Position numbers and translations under genes: made by a program. Below are positions 32,208 through 44,933 of a stretch of 64,000 bases of DNA, in pieces. Below the pieces are notes generated by a model. The model saw only the letters and a program-made list of their open reading frames with translations, was not told the origin of the DNA and searched no databases. Location: the NCBI GenBank assembly GCA_051971635.1, contig JBFPLN010000003.1, positions 512,001 through 576,000 of the forward strand, in the 5' to 3' direction. The stretch comes from Candidatus Atelocyanobacterium thalassae. Its GTDB lineage: Bacteria; Cyanobacteriota; Cyanobacteriia; Cyanobacteriales; Microcystaceae. Each line of letters begins with the position of its first letter. Position 1 is the stretch's first letter.

Positions 32208-33500
32208 TTAGTCGATATTAATTTTACTAAAGTGAGACATTTCTTCATTCAAAATTTCTAAAGCTTTATCAAACTGAGGATCACCCAAATATCCAATTTT
32301 ATCTCTAGACTGTTGTAAGTCTTTTCTCTCTTTATCAGTTAATTCTATTAAGATATCAGGCTCTATTCCTTGTTTGTTAATATCTCGACCACTAGGTGTT
32401 AAATATTTAGCTATGGTTACGGCTAATCCCGAAGAACCGTCTCCTAAACGCCTAACAGACTGTACTAATCCTTTGCCAAAAGTTTTAGTTCCTACCAAAG
32501 TAGCTCGATTATTATCTTGTAAAGCTCCTGAAAGTATTTCACTGGCACTTGCTGAACCACCGTCTATAAGTATTACTAAAGGTTTATTCGTCAAGGCCCT
32601 ATTAGTAGCTCTTTGTGCTTCTACTTCTCCACTACGGCTAACTGTAGAAACAATTTTCCCTTTATTAAGCCACATTCTGGCTATTTCTACACTTGCATAA
32701 AGTAAGCCTCCTGGATTAGATCTTAAATCTAAGATATAACCTTTAACTTTTGCTGTCTCAGCCTTACGAATTGAATCACGCATTTCTTTTCCAGCATGAG
32801 CACTAAATTGAACTAATCGAATATACCCAACCTTGCCAGAAGATGTTTTTTGGATACGTGACTTTACTGGATGAAGTTCAATTCTAGCTCTGACGATAGG
32901 ATAACTGAATTCTTGATTGGTACGACGAATTGTTAATATTACTTTGCTACCTGGTTTTCCTCTGATAAGTTGAACTGCATCTTCTACTTCCATTCCTTCT
33001 GTGACTTTACCATTAATTTTAGTTATGATATCTCTAGATAATATTCCTGCTTTAAATGCTGGAGTATCTTCTATAGGTGCAACAACGGTTAATTCTTTTG
33101 TTTCTTCATCTTTAGTTATTTGTATACCAACTCCAGTAAGTTCTCCTGAAGTATCAATTTGCATATTTTTGAACTCTTCTGGATCCATGAATCGAGTATA
33201 TGGATCACCAAGCTGTTCTAACATTTCACGAATTGCTTTATAAGCTGATTCTTTAGTTTCGTAAGATTGAGAGTCTCCGATAACGTAGTTTTGGCGAACT
33301 GCAAGCCAGTCTACCTGATTAAAGGTATCGTCAACATATGTGTCGTTAATTATATGCCATACTTCATCAACTAGTCTCTTAGGGTTATCTTCTAAATAAG
33401 CTAAACTACGGGAAAGATGCATTCCTGATCCAGTAACAGCGACAGTAGTCAAAATCGCAGCAGTTGCACCGAGTATTAACCCTTTTTTATAATTAATCAT
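32208..33500 (-). CDS. Carboxyl-terminal processing protease (S41A, CtpB/CtpC-like)
   Basis: Signal peptide, LGDPYTRF, PDZ (GVGIQI), LDLRSNPGG, catalytic SASASE and TFGKGLVQ. Confidence 0.92.
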   Translation of the reverse strand: MINYKKGLILGATAAILTTVAVTGSGMHLSRSLAYLEDNPKRLVDEVWHIINDTYVDDTFNQVDWLAVRQNYVIGDSQSYETKESAYKAIREMLEQLGDPYTRFMDPEEFKNMQIDTSGELTGVGIQITKDEETKELTVVAPIEDTPAFKAGILSRDIITKINGKVTEGMEVEDAVQLIRGKPGSKVILTIRRTNQEFSYPIVRARIELHPVKSRIQKTSSGKVGYIRLVQFSAHAGKEMRDSIRKAETAKVKGYILDLRSNPGGLLYASVEIARMWLNKGKIVSTVSRSGEVEAQRATNRALTNKPLVILIDGGSASASEILSGALQDNNRATLVGTKTFGKGLVQSVRRLGDGSSGLAVTIAKYLTPSGRDINKQGIEPDILIELTDKERKDLQQSRDKIGYLGDPQFDKALEILNEEMSHFSKINID

Positions 33501-33700
33501 AGACTAAGTATATATTTATTAAACTTACATGAGTTTTAAGTACTAATCCTAAGATAAAAAGTTGTCTAAACTATACTTAAATGGTCATATTCTAGACTGC
33601 TTTTACACTACTTAGTTAAACTCAATCCTATTGATTTATTTTCCAATAGATTAGTACTATTTGAGTATAACATTTTCTGAATATTGATGATTGTAGTTTA

Positions 33701-34549
33701 ATGATAGATGGTAACTTGAATACTTTTAACTTTTTGTTTAACTTTTTGAAAAAAGATCATAAGATTTTGTATTATCAACAAAAATTAAAGGTGTTGCAGA
33801 AAGGATGGAGGTTATTAATATCTTTTCTCTTGACTGGAGGCCTATTGTATAGTGGTGGTCTACCTTTTTGGTTAATTCGTAATCAATCACAAATTAAAAT
33901 TGTAGGGAACCAATTATTATCAGAATCTGATATTCTAAAAATGGTAAGTATCAGTTATCCTGAATTAATTTGGAAGCTACCTGTTAACCAATTAGAAAAA
34001 AATCTTAACTTTCAATCTCCTCTAGAACATGTTCATATTATACGTAGTTTACTACCAACAAGAATTAAAATAATAGTTAAAGAAAGAAAACCAGTTGCTT
34101 TTGCTTTTATGCTAGAAAAAAAAGGTTTTCTTGACTCTTTAGGAATTTGGACATCAAATGAGTTCTATAACTTAGAAGGTAAAACTATATCTTCAGTTAA
34201 GCTGAGAGCTTTTGGTCAGAATCAGCAATCTTTTATTTTTTGGAAGAATATTTATTCTCTTTCTTTGCATTCTCCTGTTAAAGTTAAAAACTTTAACTTG
34301 CAAGATTCCAATAACTTAATTTTAGGGACTGAGCTAGGAACAGTGTACTACGGGATATATGATAAGACTTTCTCAAAAAAACTTATAGCATTAAGCAAAA
34401 TGAAAGGATTATCTTTCAAAAATAAAAAAGAACAGTTAGACTACATAGAGTTATATAGCTCTGAATCACCATCAATCTATTATAAACCCAATATATCTCC
34501 AAGCCAGAAAGGATTAGCTATTACTATTAAAAGATATATTTATTATTAA
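33701..34549 (+). CDS. ftsQ: Cell division protein FtsQ/DivIB
   Basis: TM helix, POTRA (IKIVGNQLLS...), VKERKPVA and TELGTV, immediately upstream of ftsZ. Confidence 0.88.
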   Translation: MIDGNLNTFNFLFNFLKKDHKILYYQQKLKVLQKGWRLLISFLLTGGLLYSGGLPFWLIRNQSQIKIVGNQLLSESDILKMVSISYPELIWKLPVNQLEKNLNFQSPLEHVHIIRSLLPTRIKIIVKERKPVAFAFMLEKKGFLDSLGIWTSNEFYNLEGKTISSVKLRAFGQNQQSFIFWKNIYSLSLHSPVKVKNFNLQDSNNLILGTELGTVYYGIYDKTFSKKLIALSKMKGLSFKNKKEQLDYIELYSSESPSIYYKPNISPSQKGLAITIKRYIYY

Positions 34550-34630
34550 CAATATATAGCGATTTAAGTGTCCTTAATGATACACTAATTCCTGAAATTT
34601 TTGATTAAAATAACTAATTTGATATTCGAT

Positions 34631-35905
34631 ATGAATACTTCTAATAATAAACTGATGAGTGATTATTTTGGTTTTAATCACAGTGATGATCCTATATCCT
34701 TAGGTGAGACAAAAAACAATCCTAAAAATAATCATAATTTATCTTTTTCTAAAGAAAATTTATCTTCAACAAGTTTTTCAGAAAATAATGAAAAAGGACA
34801 AATAGTACCAAATAGCACTGCAAGGATAAAAGTCATTGGGGTAGGCGGTGGAGGTTGTAATGCAGTTGATAGAATGGTTGAAAGCTCATTAATGGGTATT
34901 GAGTTTTGGACTATTAACACTGATGCCCAAGCGCTTAGTCAATCTTTAGCTCCCAATCGTATACAAATTGGGAAAAAATTAACTAAAGGACTAGGAGCTG
35001 GAGGTAATCCTAATATTGGTAAAGAAGCTGCCATTGAGTCTCGTGAAGAAATTACAGAAGCTCTTCAAAATACCGATCTGGTATTTGTTACTGCAGGAAT
35101 GGGGGGTGGTACAGGAACTGGAGCTGCTTCTGTAGTAGCAGAAATAGCTAAAGAGCAGGGTTGCCTTACAATTGGAGTCGTAACCCGTCCTTTTGATTTT
35201 GAAGGCCGTAGACGTATGATACAAGCACGTCAAGGTATTGAAGAATTAACGAATAATGTGGATACTTTAATCGTCATACCTAACAATAAATTATTGCAAG
35301 TAATTGATCAAGAAACATCACTTAAACAAGCATTTCTTTTTGCTGATGATATTTTAAGGCAAGGCGTACAAGGGATATCTGATATTATAACTATTCCAGG
35401 ATTAGTTAATGTAGATTTTGCTGATGTTAGAGCAATTATGTCTAATGCCGGTTCTGCTTTAATGGGTAGTGGAAGCGGCTCTGGCAAATCACGTGCGCTT
35501 GATGCTGCTTCTTTAGCTATTTCTTCTCCATTATTAGAGCACTCTATTCGAGGAGCAAAAGGAGTAGTCCTCAACATCACAGGTAGTAGTGATTTGACTT
35601 TGCATGAAGTAAGTATTGCGTCAAAAGCTATATATGAAAAAGTGGTAGACAATACTGACGCTAATGTAATTTTTGGCGCGGTAATAGATGAAGAACTACA
35701 GGGAGAAATACGTATAACAGTAATCGCAACTGGATTCGGAAGGAATAAAGATTCTGAAGAAAACTTGGAGGCGGTATCCAGTAAAGATGTTGATAATTTA
35801 AAAAATTCTTTTACTTCTCCAGAAAAAAAAATACAATCAATAGATTCAGGCGGAATAGATATTCCTTCATTTTTATCTAATCGTCGTGATACCTCTGAAT
35901 CATAA
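34631..35905 (+). CDS. ftsZ: Cell division protein FtsZ
   Basis: [14 protein letters not shown], tubulin signature [15 protein letters not shown] and C-terminal IDIPSFL. Confidence 0.99.
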   Translation: MNTSNNKLMSDYFGFNHSDDPISLGETKNNPKNNHNLSFSKENLSSTSFSENNEKGQIVPNSTARIKVIGVGGGGCNAVDRMVESSLMGIEFWTINTDAQALSQSLAPNRIQIGKKLTKGLGAGGNPNIGKEAAIESREEITEALQNTDLVFVTAGMGGGTGTGAASVVAEIAKEQGCLTIGVVTRPFDFEGRRRMIQARQGIEELTNNVDTLIVIPNNKLLQVIDQETSLKQAFLFADDILRQGVQGISDIITIPGLVNVDFADVRAIMSNAGSALMGSGSGSGKSRALDAASLAISSPLLEHSIRGAKGVVLNITGSSDLTLHEVSIASKAIYEKVVDNTDANVIFGAVIDEELQGEIRITVIATGFGRNKDSEENLEAVSSKDVDNLKNSFTSPEKKIQSIDSGGIDIPSFLSNRRDTSES

Positions 35906-36183
35906 TATTTTACTTAATAAATTAATCAATAATTCTTATATGGTCTAATAAAGACTATATTTTTCTACATAGATTGAAGATAGTTAACCAAATAACATGA
36001 AAAAAATATAGGATTTAAAAATTAAATTATTAATATAAAACTTTATTTCTGCCTGAATAAGTAGTTTTTTTATCCTTCAAAAAAATACTATTCTTTAATA
36101 CCCTACCTCTAAAGGATTAATATGTGTAAGTAAGAGATAAATTTTTTGGTTTAAAAAAGCTTATATTCACACATACATAAAAA

Positions 36184-36972
36184 ATGTTAAATTACATTCT
36201 TATACTGAGTATTAGTGGTCTACTTTCCGGATTACTAGCAGGAGTCTTAGGCATTGGGGGAGGTGCTGTTATAGTCTCTTTACTATTAGCATTCCAAAAT
36301 ACACCATTACAGGCTGTTGCTACCAGTAGTGTAGCTATTGTAATTATTGCTTTATCAGGTAGCCTGCAAAACCGTCGAATGGGGAATTTAAACTTACAGA
36401 AAGTTTTTTTATTGGGAACTCCAGCAATAATAACAGCACAAGTTGGTGTAAAAATTGCTAACTACATTCCCGAGTATTGGCTATTACTTTTATTTAGCAT
36501 TCTTCTAACTTTTAATATTTTTTTGTATAGTTACCGGCGCCATCTTACTAAAGTGATTTATCAAAATAACAGCTCTGTGTTCATACATCAGTTTTTAAGT
36601 TTATTTACAGGAGGAGTAGGAGGTTTATTAGCTGGCTTGTTTGGAATTGGAGGAGGAGTAATTATGGTTCCTCTACAAATTTTGTTGTTGCGAGAAACTA
36701 TGCAAATATCAATTCAAAACAGCTTAGGCGTAATTTTTATTACTTCAATTTCTTCCAGTACAGGTCATGCTTTAAACGATAATGTACTTTGGCTCACTGG
36801 TTTCATCTTGGGGTGCGGGGGAGTACTAGGAGTACAAGTAGGTACACGTATACTATCAAAACTATCAAATAAAATGGTTACCTTTGGTTTTCATTTAGTT
36901 TCGATCATAATATCTATCTATACTTTTAGACAGGCTTGGTTCAGCTATTTAAATTTTTTAGAATTAAACTAA
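36184..36972 (+). CDS. TauE/SafE (TSUP) family membrane transporter
   Basis: Duplicated G.LAG..GIGGG motif and about 8 TM helices. Confidence 0.88.
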   Translation: MLNYILILSISGLLSGLLAGVLGIGGGAVIVSLLLAFQNTPLQAVATSSVAIVIIALSGSLQNRRMGNLNLQKVFLLGTPAIITAQVGVKIANYIPEYWLLLLFSILLTFNIFLYSYRRHLTKVIYQNNSSVFIHQFLSLFTGGVGGLLAGLFGIGGGVIMVPLQILLLRETMQISIQNSLGVIFITSISSSTGHALNDNVLWLTGFILGCGGVLGVQVGTRILSKLSNKMVTFGFHLVSIIISIYTFRQAWFSYLNFLELN

Positions 36973-37206
36973 AAAGAAGAGCTTAATGTATGGATTGTCG
37001 TAACTTCTTATCAATTATCAATTTGTTACTGACGAGTCAAATGAATAATATTGATTCTTCTTACAAGAAATTCTTTCCGACAGAATAGATGAAAATTTTT
37101 CATAAAGAAGATAGTATGTATATAAAATGAATGATCATTCTAGATTAAATCGAAAAATCATAAAGTAGCTACACAATAAAACGATATTACATTTATATAT
37201 TTGCTT

Positions 37207-40200
37207 ATGCCACGTCGGGATGACTTGAAAAAAATTATGATTTTAGGAGCAGGTCCTATTGTGATTGGACAGGCTTGTGAATTTGACTATTCTGGTACTC
37301 AAGCCTGTAAGGCTCTAAGAGAAGAAGGCTATGAAGTTGTATTAGTCAATTCTAATCCAGCTTCGATTATGACTGATCCTGAAATGTCTGACCGAACCTA
37401 TATTGAGCCTCTTGTTCCTGATATAGTCGAAAAAATTATTGCGAAAGAACTTCCAGATGCATTATTGGCAACGATGGGAGGACAAACTGCGCTTAATATA
37501 GCTGTATCATTAGCTAAAAGTGGAGTTTTAAAAAAATACAATGTTGAATTAATTGGCGCGCGACTATCAGCTATTGAAAAAGCAGAAGATAGAGAATTAT
37601 TTAAACAGGCAATGAATAATATTGGAGTTCCTGTTTGCCCCTCCGGTATTGCTAATACTCTAGAAGAAGCCAAAAAGATTGCAACTAAAATTGGTTCTTA
37701 TCCACTAATCATTCGTCCTGCATTTACTTTAGGAGGTACAGGAGGAGGAATTGCTTATAATCGAAAAGAGTTTGAGGGTATTGTACAACTCGGTTTAGAT
37801 GCATCTCCAGTATCTCAGATCTTAGTAGAACAGTCACTATTGGGGTGGAAAGAATATGAGTTAGAAGTCATGAGAGATCTAGCAGATAATGTTGTCATTA
37901 TTTGTTCTATCGAGAATTTTGATCCCATGGGAGTACATACAGGAGATTCGATCACAGTTGCACCAGCTCAAACTTTAACAGATAAGGAATATCAAAAATT
38001 GAGAGATTATTCCAAATCTATAATTAGAGAGATAGGTGTAGAGACAGGAGGGGCTAATATTCAATTTTCTGTAAATCCTTTGAATGGTGACACTATTGTT
38101 ATTGAGATGAATCCTCGAGTCTCGCGTTCATCTGCTCTAGCTTCCAAAGCGACAGGATTTCCTATCGCTAAATTCGCTGCTAAACTCGCTGTTGGTTACA
38201 TTCTTAATGAAATCAATAATGATATAACTAAAAAAACCCCAGCTTCATTTGAGCCAACCCTTGATTATGTGGTAACAAAAATACCACGTTTTGCTTTTGA
38301 AAAATTTCCTGGTTCTCAGGCGGTTCTAACTACTCAAATGAAATCAGTGGGGGAAGTTATGGCCATTGGTCGTACTTTTCAAGAATCTTTCCAAAAAGCT
38401 TTAAGATCATTAGAAACAGGACATCATGGTTTTACTTGTAATCAAGCATTAGATCTTCCTTCTTTATCTGAAATACGTTCTAAATTGAAGATTTCAAGTC
38501 CTGATAGAATTTATTCGATTTATAAAGCCTTAAAGCTAGGCATAACAATAAAAGAGATTCATGAATTAACTGCTATTGATGTTTGGTTTTTAAATAAACT
38601 AAAAGATATTTTTGATACTGAAAAATATTTTGAACAAGTTAATCTCAAAGATATAAGCAAAATAGAAATGAGATTAATTAAACAAAAAGGTTTTAGCGAT
38701 AATCAAATAGCTAGTATTACTAACACTTCAGAGAATGAGGTTAGAGAATATCGTAAAAGTTTAGGTATTATTCCAGTCTATAAAGTTGTAGATACTTGTG
38801 CTGCTGAATTTGAAGCTTTTACTCCTTATTATTACTCTACTTATGAATTAGAAGATACGGAAGTTTTATGGACTAAAAAACCTAAAATAATGATTTTAGG
38901 TGGAGGACCCAATCGTATCGGGCAGGGAATAGAATTTGACTATTGTTGTTGTCATGCCTCTTTTGCTCTTACTAAAGCTGGTTATGAAACTATAATGGTC
39001 AATTCTAATCCAGAAACTGTCTCTACAGATTATGATACAAGTGATCGTTTATATTTTGAACCTTTAACAAAGGAAGACATTTTAAATATCATTGAAGTAG
39101 AAGCTCCTGAAGGAGTCATTATCCAGTTTGGGGGACAAACACCACTAAAACTTGCAGTACCTCTGCAAGAATATCTTGACAGTCCAAATTGTTCTGTTCA
39201 AACAAAGATATGGGGAACATCTCCTGATTCTATTGATTTAGCAGAAAATAGAGAACGCTTTGAAAAAGTACTATGCGATCTTGAAATTAAGAAGCCTCCT
39301 AGTGGAATTGCTCGTAGTTTTGAACAATCTTTAGATATTGCTTCTCATATTGGATATCCTGTGGTAGTTCGTCCTTCCTACGTATTAGGAGGACGAGCTA
39401 TGCAAATTGTTTACTCTGATAAAGAACTAAAACACTATATGAATTATGCAATTCAAGTAGAGCCTGATCATCCAATCTTAATTGATAAATTTTTAGAAGA
39501 TGCTATCGAAGTTGATGTTGATGCTTTATGTGATAAAACTGGTGTAGTGGTCATTGGAGGTATAATGGAACATATTGAGCAAGCAGGCATACACTCTGGA
39601 GATTCAGCTTGTTCAATTCCTTTCACAACACTTTCTCAAAAAGTTCTTAGTATTATCCGTGATTGGACATATCAGCTAGCTAATAGCTTGAAAGTCATTG
39701 GATTAATTAATATTCAATATGCAGTACAAGGAGAAGAAGTTTATATATTAGAAGCTAATCCAAGAGCATCTCGCACTGTTCCGTATGTATCTAAAACTAC
39801 AGGACGGCCTCTCGCTAAAATTGCTTCTCTGCTTATGTCAGGGAAAACTTTACATGAATTAGATGTACATACAGAACTTATTCCTCGTTATGTTTCTGTC
39901 AAAGAAGCTGTTTTACCTTTTCAAAAATTTCCTGGGACAGATACTCTTTTGGGACCGGAAATGCGTTCTACCGGTGAAGTGATGGGTATAGATGATGATT
40001 TTGGCAAAGCATTCGCAAAGGCAGTAATTGCTTCTGGCGTAAACTTACCTACTAGTGGAACTGTTTTTATCTCTACTAGCGATAAAGATAAAATTTTAAC
40101 TGTTCCAATAGCTAAAGATCTAGAATATTTAGGATTTAAAATAGTTGCAACGTCAGGTACTCAGGAGGTCTTAGAAAGTAATGGAATTAAAGGGGTTGAA

Positions 40201-40452
40201 GCAATTCTAAAGCTTCATGAAGGTCGACCACATGTTATTGACTGGATTAAAAACAAAAAAATTCAATTAATTATAAACACTCCAAATGGAGAAGAATCAC
40301 AAGTAGATGCACAAAAAATCAGAAGAACAGCATTAGATTATCAATTACCAGTAATTACAACTATAGCTGGTGCTAAAGCTACAGTTACTGCTATTCGTTC
40401 TTTACAAAGTCAGCCTCTTAAAGTTAAAGCATTGCAAGACTATATCTGCTAG
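37207..40452 (+). CDS. carB: Carbamoyl-phosphate synthase large subunit
   Basis: [17 protein letters not shown], two ATP-grasp domains, [15 protein letters not shown] and an MGS domain. Confidence 0.99.
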   Translation: MPRRDDLKKIMILGAGPIVIGQACEFDYSGTQACKALREEGYEVVLVNSNPASIMTDPEMSDRTYIEPLVPDIVEKIIAKELPDALLATMGGQTALNIAVSLAKSGVLKKYNVELIGARLSAIEKAEDRELFKQAMNNIGVPVCPSGIANTLEEAKKIATKIGSYPLIIRPAFTLGGTGGGIAYNRKEFEGIVQLGLDASPVSQILVEQSLLGWKEYELEVMRDLADNVVIICSIENFDPMGVHTGDSITVAPAQTLTDKEYQKLRDYSKSIIREIGVETGGANIQFSVNPLNGDTIVIEMNPRVSRSSALASKATGFPIAKFAAKLAVGYILNEINNDITKKTPASFEPTLDYVVTKIPRFAFEKFPGSQAVLTTQMKSVGEVMAIGRTFQESFQKALRSLETGHHGFTCNQALDLPSLSEIRSKLKISSPDRIYSIYKALKLGITIKEIHELTAIDVWFLNKLKDIFDTEKYFEQVNLKDISKIEMRLIKQKGFSDNQIASITNTSENEVREYRKSLGIIPVYKVVDTCAAEFEAFTPYYYSTYELEDTEVLWTKKPKIMILGGGPNRIGQGIEFDYCCCHASFALTKAGYETIMVNSNPETVSTDYDTSDRLYFEPLTKEDILNIIEVEAPEGVIIQFGGQTPLKLAVPLQEYLDSPNCSVQTKIWGTSPDSIDLAENRERFEKVLCDLEIKKPPSGIARSFEQSLDIASHIGYPVVVRPSYVLGGRAMQIVYSDKELKHYMNYAIQVEPDHPILIDKFLEDAIEVDVDALCDKTGVVVIGGIMEHIEQAGIHSGDSACSIPFTTLSQKVLSIIRDWTYQLANSLKVIGLINIQYAVQGEEVYILEANPRASRTVPYVSKTTGRPLAKIASLLMSGKTLHELDVHTELIPRYVSVKEAVLPFQKFPGTDTLLGPEMRSTGEVMGIDDDFGKAFAKAVIASGVNLPTSGTVFISTSDKDKILTVPIAKDLEYLGFKIVATSGTQEVLESNGIKGVEAILKLHEGRPHVIDWIKNKKIQLIINTPNGEESQVDAQKIRRTALDYQLPVITTIAGAKATVTAIRSLQSQPLKVKALQDYIC

Positions 40453-40871
40453 TATTTTTTAGTAGTAAGAATACTTAGCTTATATAATTTACCTATTTAA
40501 CAACATATCTTTTATCTACTAATTAAGATTATTTAACTTAAAATCAAATAATCTATTAAAAACTTTAAAAATATTTTATGGAATTGTAACAGTAAAATAT
40601 TTCAAAACACATCATATTTTATACAATCTATTTATTAAGATTTATTTGAACGATTTTTTCTGATTTACCATTAAAAATATCTTCATATAATAAATAATTT
40701 TTTTATTGTTACTCTATTAATATCAACAGTCTTGTAGCTTTCATGATATTTTTGTTAAAAACTAAGGTACTATTTGCAGGTACATACTACAAACTCTAAT
40801 TTTATAAGTATTTTGATATATGACAAAGTAAAATTATTGTTCTAAGATCTATTAATTTAAAATTTGATTAT

Positions 40872-42230
40872 ATGACATTACCCATTGTTGCAATTATTGG
40901 ACGTCCTAATGTAGGTAAATCAACATTAGTCAATCGTTTAGCAAAAGACCGACAAGCAATTGTTCATGATGAACCAGGAATTACTCGCGATCGTACTTAT
41001 AGAAAGGCCTTTTGGCGCACTCATGATTTCCTTGTAGTAGATACTGGTGGTTTAGTTTTCAATGATAATACCGAATTTCTTCCCTTAATTCGAGAACAAG
41101 CTATGACAGCATTAAGCGAGGCTCATGCAGCAGTTTTTGTAGTAGATGGACAATTAGGTCCTACTGCAGGGGATTATGAAATAGGAGACTGGCTAAGGCA
41201 ACAAAAGATTCCAGTATTGCTTGCAGTTAATAAATGTGAATCTCCTGAACATGGATTGATACAGGCAGCACAGTTCTGGGAATTAGGACTAGGAGAACCT
41301 TATCCAATTTCAGGAATTCATGGAAATGGAACAGGAGATTTTTTAGATAAGCTGATTTTAAGTTTACCATCTTCTAATAGTATATCTAATACTGAAGAGA
41401 TTAATGTTTCTATTATTGGTCGTCCTAATGTAGGTAAATCAAGTCTTTTGAACGCATTCTTAGGGGAAAACAGAGCTATTGTTAGTCCTATTTCTGGTAC
41501 GACAAGAGATGCTATTGATACGGTCGTAGAACGAAAAGGAAAAGTTTATCGCCTAGTTGATACAGCAGGAATTCGTCGCAAGAAAAATGTTGAATATGGA
41601 GCTGAATTTTTTAGTATTAACCGCGCTTTTAAAGCAATTCGAAGAGCAGATGTAGTTTTATTAGTTATTGATGCTATTGATGGAATAACAGAACAAGATA
41701 TTAAGTTAGCAGATCGTATTATTGATGAAGGACGGTCAGCAATAATTATTGTTAATAAATGGGATGCTGTTGAGAAAGATGCCTACACCATTTATTCACA
41801 TAAAAAAAATATAATGAACCGACTGTATTTTATGGAATGGGCAGATCTTATTTTTGTTAGCGCAAAATCAGGACAACGAATTGAAAAGATTTTTCCTTTA
41901 ATAAATATGGCATTAAAAGAGCACCGTCGTCGTATTAATACTTCTGTAATTAATGAAGTTTTGGAGGAGGCTATAAGATGGCATTCTCCTCCTACAACAA
42001 AACAAGGTAAGCAAGGTAAAATTTACTACGGAACTCAAGTATCTAATCAACCTCCAACTATTGCTCTATTTGTTAATGATCCTAAAAGATTCAATGACAA
42101 CTACCGACGATATATTGAAGGACAATTTCGCCAACAAATCGGTTTTGCGGGAACTCCCATTCGCTTGCTCTGGAAAGGTAAAAAAGTACGAGATGTTGAT
42201 TTGAAATTAGACCATACGATCAAAAATTAA
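40872..42230 (+). CDS. der: Ribosome biogenesis GTPase Der (EngA)
   Basis: Two GRPNVGKS G-domains and a C-terminal KH-like domain with GTPIRL. Confidence 0.98.
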   Translation: MTLPIVAIIGRPNVGKSTLVNRLAKDRQAIVHDEPGITRDRTYRKAFWRTHDFLVVDTGGLVFNDNTEFLPLIREQAMTALSEAHAAVFVVDGQLGPTAGDYEIGDWLRQQKIPVLLAVNKCESPEHGLIQAAQFWELGLGEPYPISGIHGNGTGDFLDKLILSLPSSNSISNTEEINVSIIGRPNVGKSSLLNAFLGENRAIVSPISGTTRDAIDTVVERKGKVYRLVDTAGIRRKKNVEYGAEFFSINRAFKAIRRADVVLLVIDAIDGITEQDIKLADRIIDEGRSAIIIVNKWDAVEKDAYTIYSHKKNIMNRLYFMEWADLIFVSAKSGQRIEKIFPLINMALKEHRRRINTSVINEVLEEAIRWHSPPTTKQGKQGKIYYGTQVSNQPPTIALFVNDPKRFNDNYRRYIEGQFRQQIGFAGTPIRLLWKGKKVRDVDLKLDHTIKN

Positions 42231-42402
42231 TATAATTTTTTAGCATCTTAAATAATTGCTATGAACTTAAATACTTAGTATTTATTAAAATATGCTTATT
42301 CTTAATATAAGATTGTTTAAGCAACAATTTAGTAAGTACAATTGTTTTGAGATAATACAGAAGATTAAAATTATTTTGTAAAGTGTGTATGAGGAGAAAT
42401 TT

Positions 42403-43929
42403 ATGAAACTTGCTTATTGGATGTATGCTGGACCAGCACATATTGGTACCCTTCGTATTGCTAGTTCTTTCCATAATGTGCATGCAATTATGCATGCTCC
42501 CCTTGGTGATGACTATTTTAATGTTATGAGATCTATGTTGGAGAGGGAAAGGAACTTTACCCCTGTAACTGCAAGCGTTGTAGATCGTAATGTTTTAGCT
42601 CGTGGATCTCAAGAAAAAGTTATTGATAATATTGTTCGAAAAGATAAAGAAGAAAGTCCAGATCTTATTGTTTTAACTCCTACATGTACTTCAAGTATTC
42701 TGCAAGAAGATTTAGGTAACTTTGTAGAACGTGCGCAGATGGATACAAAAGGAGATGTTATTTTAGCTGATGTCAATCATTATCGTTATAACGAGTTACA
42801 AGCAGCAGATAGAACTTTACATCAGATTGTAAAGTTCTATCTGGATAAAGCAAAGAAAAAATGTGAATTATTAACTGAAAAGACACAAAACCCTTCTGTT
42901 AATATCATAGGTATATCTACCCTTGGTTTTCATGCTAAGCATGATTGTACTGAATTACAAAAATTGATGAAGGACTTGGGAATTACTATAAATATGATAA
43001 TTCCTGAAGGAGCTTCAGTTCATGATTTAAAAAATTTAACTAAAGCATGGTTCAATTTAGTTCCTTACAGAGAACTAGGATTAAGCGTTGCTGAATATTT
43101 AGATTCGGAATTTGATATTCCTTATGTTGATATAACACCCATAGGAGTTGTTGAAACGGCAAAATGTATTCGTAAAATTCAGCAAATAATCAATGCACAA
43201 GGTAAAGATGTAAATTTTGAAAATTATATTAATCAGCAAACATTATATGTTTCTGAAGCAGCTTGGTTTTCAAGATCAATTGATTGCCAAAATTTAACAG
43301 GTAAAAAAGCAGTAGTTTTTGGTGACAACACTCATGCTGCAGCTATGACAAAAATTTTAGCTAGAGAAATGGGGATAGATGTTGTTTTAGCTGGAACGTA
43401 TTGTAAGTATGATGCTGAATGGTTTAGAGAACAAGTTAGCGAGTACTGTGGTGAAATATTAATTAGTGATGATAATGGTGAGATTGCTAATACAATAGCA
43501 CGTTTAGAACCTTCTGCAATTTTTGGAACACAAATGGAGCGCCATGTTGGAAAAAGATTAAACATTCCATGTGGAGTAATTGCATCACCAATTCATATTC
43601 AGAACTTTCCCATAGGATATAAGCCTTTCTGTGGATATGAAGGAACAAACCAAATTACTGATTTAATTTATAATTCTTTTACATTAGGAATGGAAGATCA
43701 TTTGCTTGAAATTTTTGGTGGACATGACACCAAGGAAACAATTACTAGAGGAATATCTGCTAATTCTGATCTGGCTTGGAATAAAGAATCACAGACGGAA
43801 TTAAATAAAATCCCTGGTTTTGTACGAGGAAAAGTAAAGCGTAATACAGAAAAGTTTGCTCGTGAACGTAACTTCTCTGAAATTACACTTGAAGTAATGT
43901 ACGCAGCTAAAGAATCAATTGGAGCTTAA
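42403..43929 (+). CDS. chlB: Light-independent protochlorophyllide reductase subunit B
   Basis: [24 protein letters not shown] and C-terminal PCP-red domain ([15 protein letters not shown]), with a GAGGAG RBS. Confidence 0.98.
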   Translation: MKLAYWMYAGPAHIGTLRIASSFHNVHAIMHAPLGDDYFNVMRSMLERERNFTPVTASVVDRNVLARGSQEKVIDNIVRKDKEESPDLIVLTPTCTSSILQEDLGNFVERAQMDTKGDVILADVNHYRYNELQAADRTLHQIVKFYLDKAKKKCELLTEKTQNPSVNIIGISTLGFHAKHDCTELQKLMKDLGITINMIIPEGASVHDLKNLTKAWFNLVPYRELGLSVAEYLDSEFDIPYVDITPIGVVETAKCIRKIQQIINAQGKDVNFENYINQQTLYVSEAAWFSRSIDCQNLTGKKAVVFGDNTHAAAMTKILAREMGIDVVLAGTYCKYDAEWFREQVSEYCGEILISDDNGEIANTIARLEPSAIFGTQMERHVGKRLNIPCGVIASPIHIQNFPIGYKPFCGYEGTNQITDLIYNSFTLGMEDHLLEIFGGHDTKETITRGISANSDLAWNKESQTELNKIPGFVRGKVKRNTEKFARERNFSEITLEVMYAAKESIGA

Positions 43930-43959
43930 GCTTATTTTAAAGTTAATGTAAATTTTATA

Positions 43960-44021
43960 AGTAAATTAAAGTTATTAAAACACAATTAGTTAATACTATG
44001 TTTTAGTAACTTTAGCTTACT
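43960..44021. terminator. 23-bp imperfect hairpin between convergent chlB and the DUF4330 gene
   Basis: agtaaattaaagttattaaaaca ... tgttttagtaactttagcttact, with 2 G-U pairs and 1 mismatch on the + strand. Confidence 0.6.
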
Positions 44022-44159
44022 ACAATCGCTTAGTAGATAAAGCAATTATAAAAAGATCTTAAAAAAACTATTTATTCATCAAATTATCTATAAAATTTTA
44101 TTTTTTTTAATATTTAAGCTATTTATAGCTATTGAGAAATGATAGAAATTATTAATAGT

Positions 44160-44690
44160 TTATTTTAAAGTTCTCACCGCAATAGTACTCGTATTAAAGT
44201 TATAATCTTTACCTTCTAGTTCAATTTTAGTACCAATTTTAATTTTTTGCTTCCCTATGACTGCTCCTGTATCTGTAAGTTGTGCATCACCTGTAAGTGT
44301 TAAAATCATATCTTGAAAAAAGATAATTTCTGGCCTTGGATCAGGAAGAGCTTTTACAGAACCATCAGGTTGAGGAACTGCTACAGTTCTGGGAAGTGGT
44401 GTAATCTTTTTAATTTCAAATTCTCCAGCAGGCTGATGACGAATTACAATATTAGTCATTTTAGTTTCTTTGAATTGATTAATAAGTAAAGTTGGATCGC
44501 TTACTCCTAAGCCTCTTACAATAACATCAACTTCAATTGGAGTTCTAACAACTTGAGCAATAGTACTAGTCCCAGACTTGTTTGGAACAACGAAAATACT
44601 AACGATAGCTAAAAAGATAGCTAATGCAGCTCCTAGATCTAGAATACTAACCTTTCCCAGTAAACGGCCTTTAGAATCTAATAGTTCCAT
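44160..44690 (-). CDS. DUF4330 family cyanobacterial protein
   Basis: MELLDSKGRLLGKVSILDLGA, VPQPDGSVKALPDPRP and KIKIGTKIELEG..YNF. Confidence 0.85.
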   Translation of the reverse strand: MELLDSKGRLLGKVSILDLGAALAIFLAIVSIFVVPNKSGTSTIAQVVRTPIEVDVIVRGLGVSDPTLLINQFKETKMTNIVIRHQPAGEFEIKKITPLPRTVAVPQPDGSVKALPDPRPEIIFFQDMILTLTGDAQLTDTGAVIGKQKIKIGTKIELEGKDYNFNTSTIAVRTLK

Positions 44691-44933
44691 GAGTATATCC
44701 AAAAAGTTATAAAAAAAAATTACAAATACAATAAAATTTTATTAAAAAGACGAAATATTAAAGGAAAAATATCCCTAATACTTAAATAATATGTTATTTG
44801 ACATAAAAAAATTTTATTTACTAATAAATTTAGTATGATTTACGAGTAGAATTATCAAATTATGCTTTTATTTAAGAAATAATCTATAGTTTATAAGACT
44901 TATTATATTTATATCACCATACAAAATAAATCA

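Noticed and set aside
40906..41441. Repeated sequence attattgg.cgtcctaatgtaggtaaatcaa in der
   Set aside because: It simply encodes the two GRPNVGKS P-loops of the tandem GTPase.
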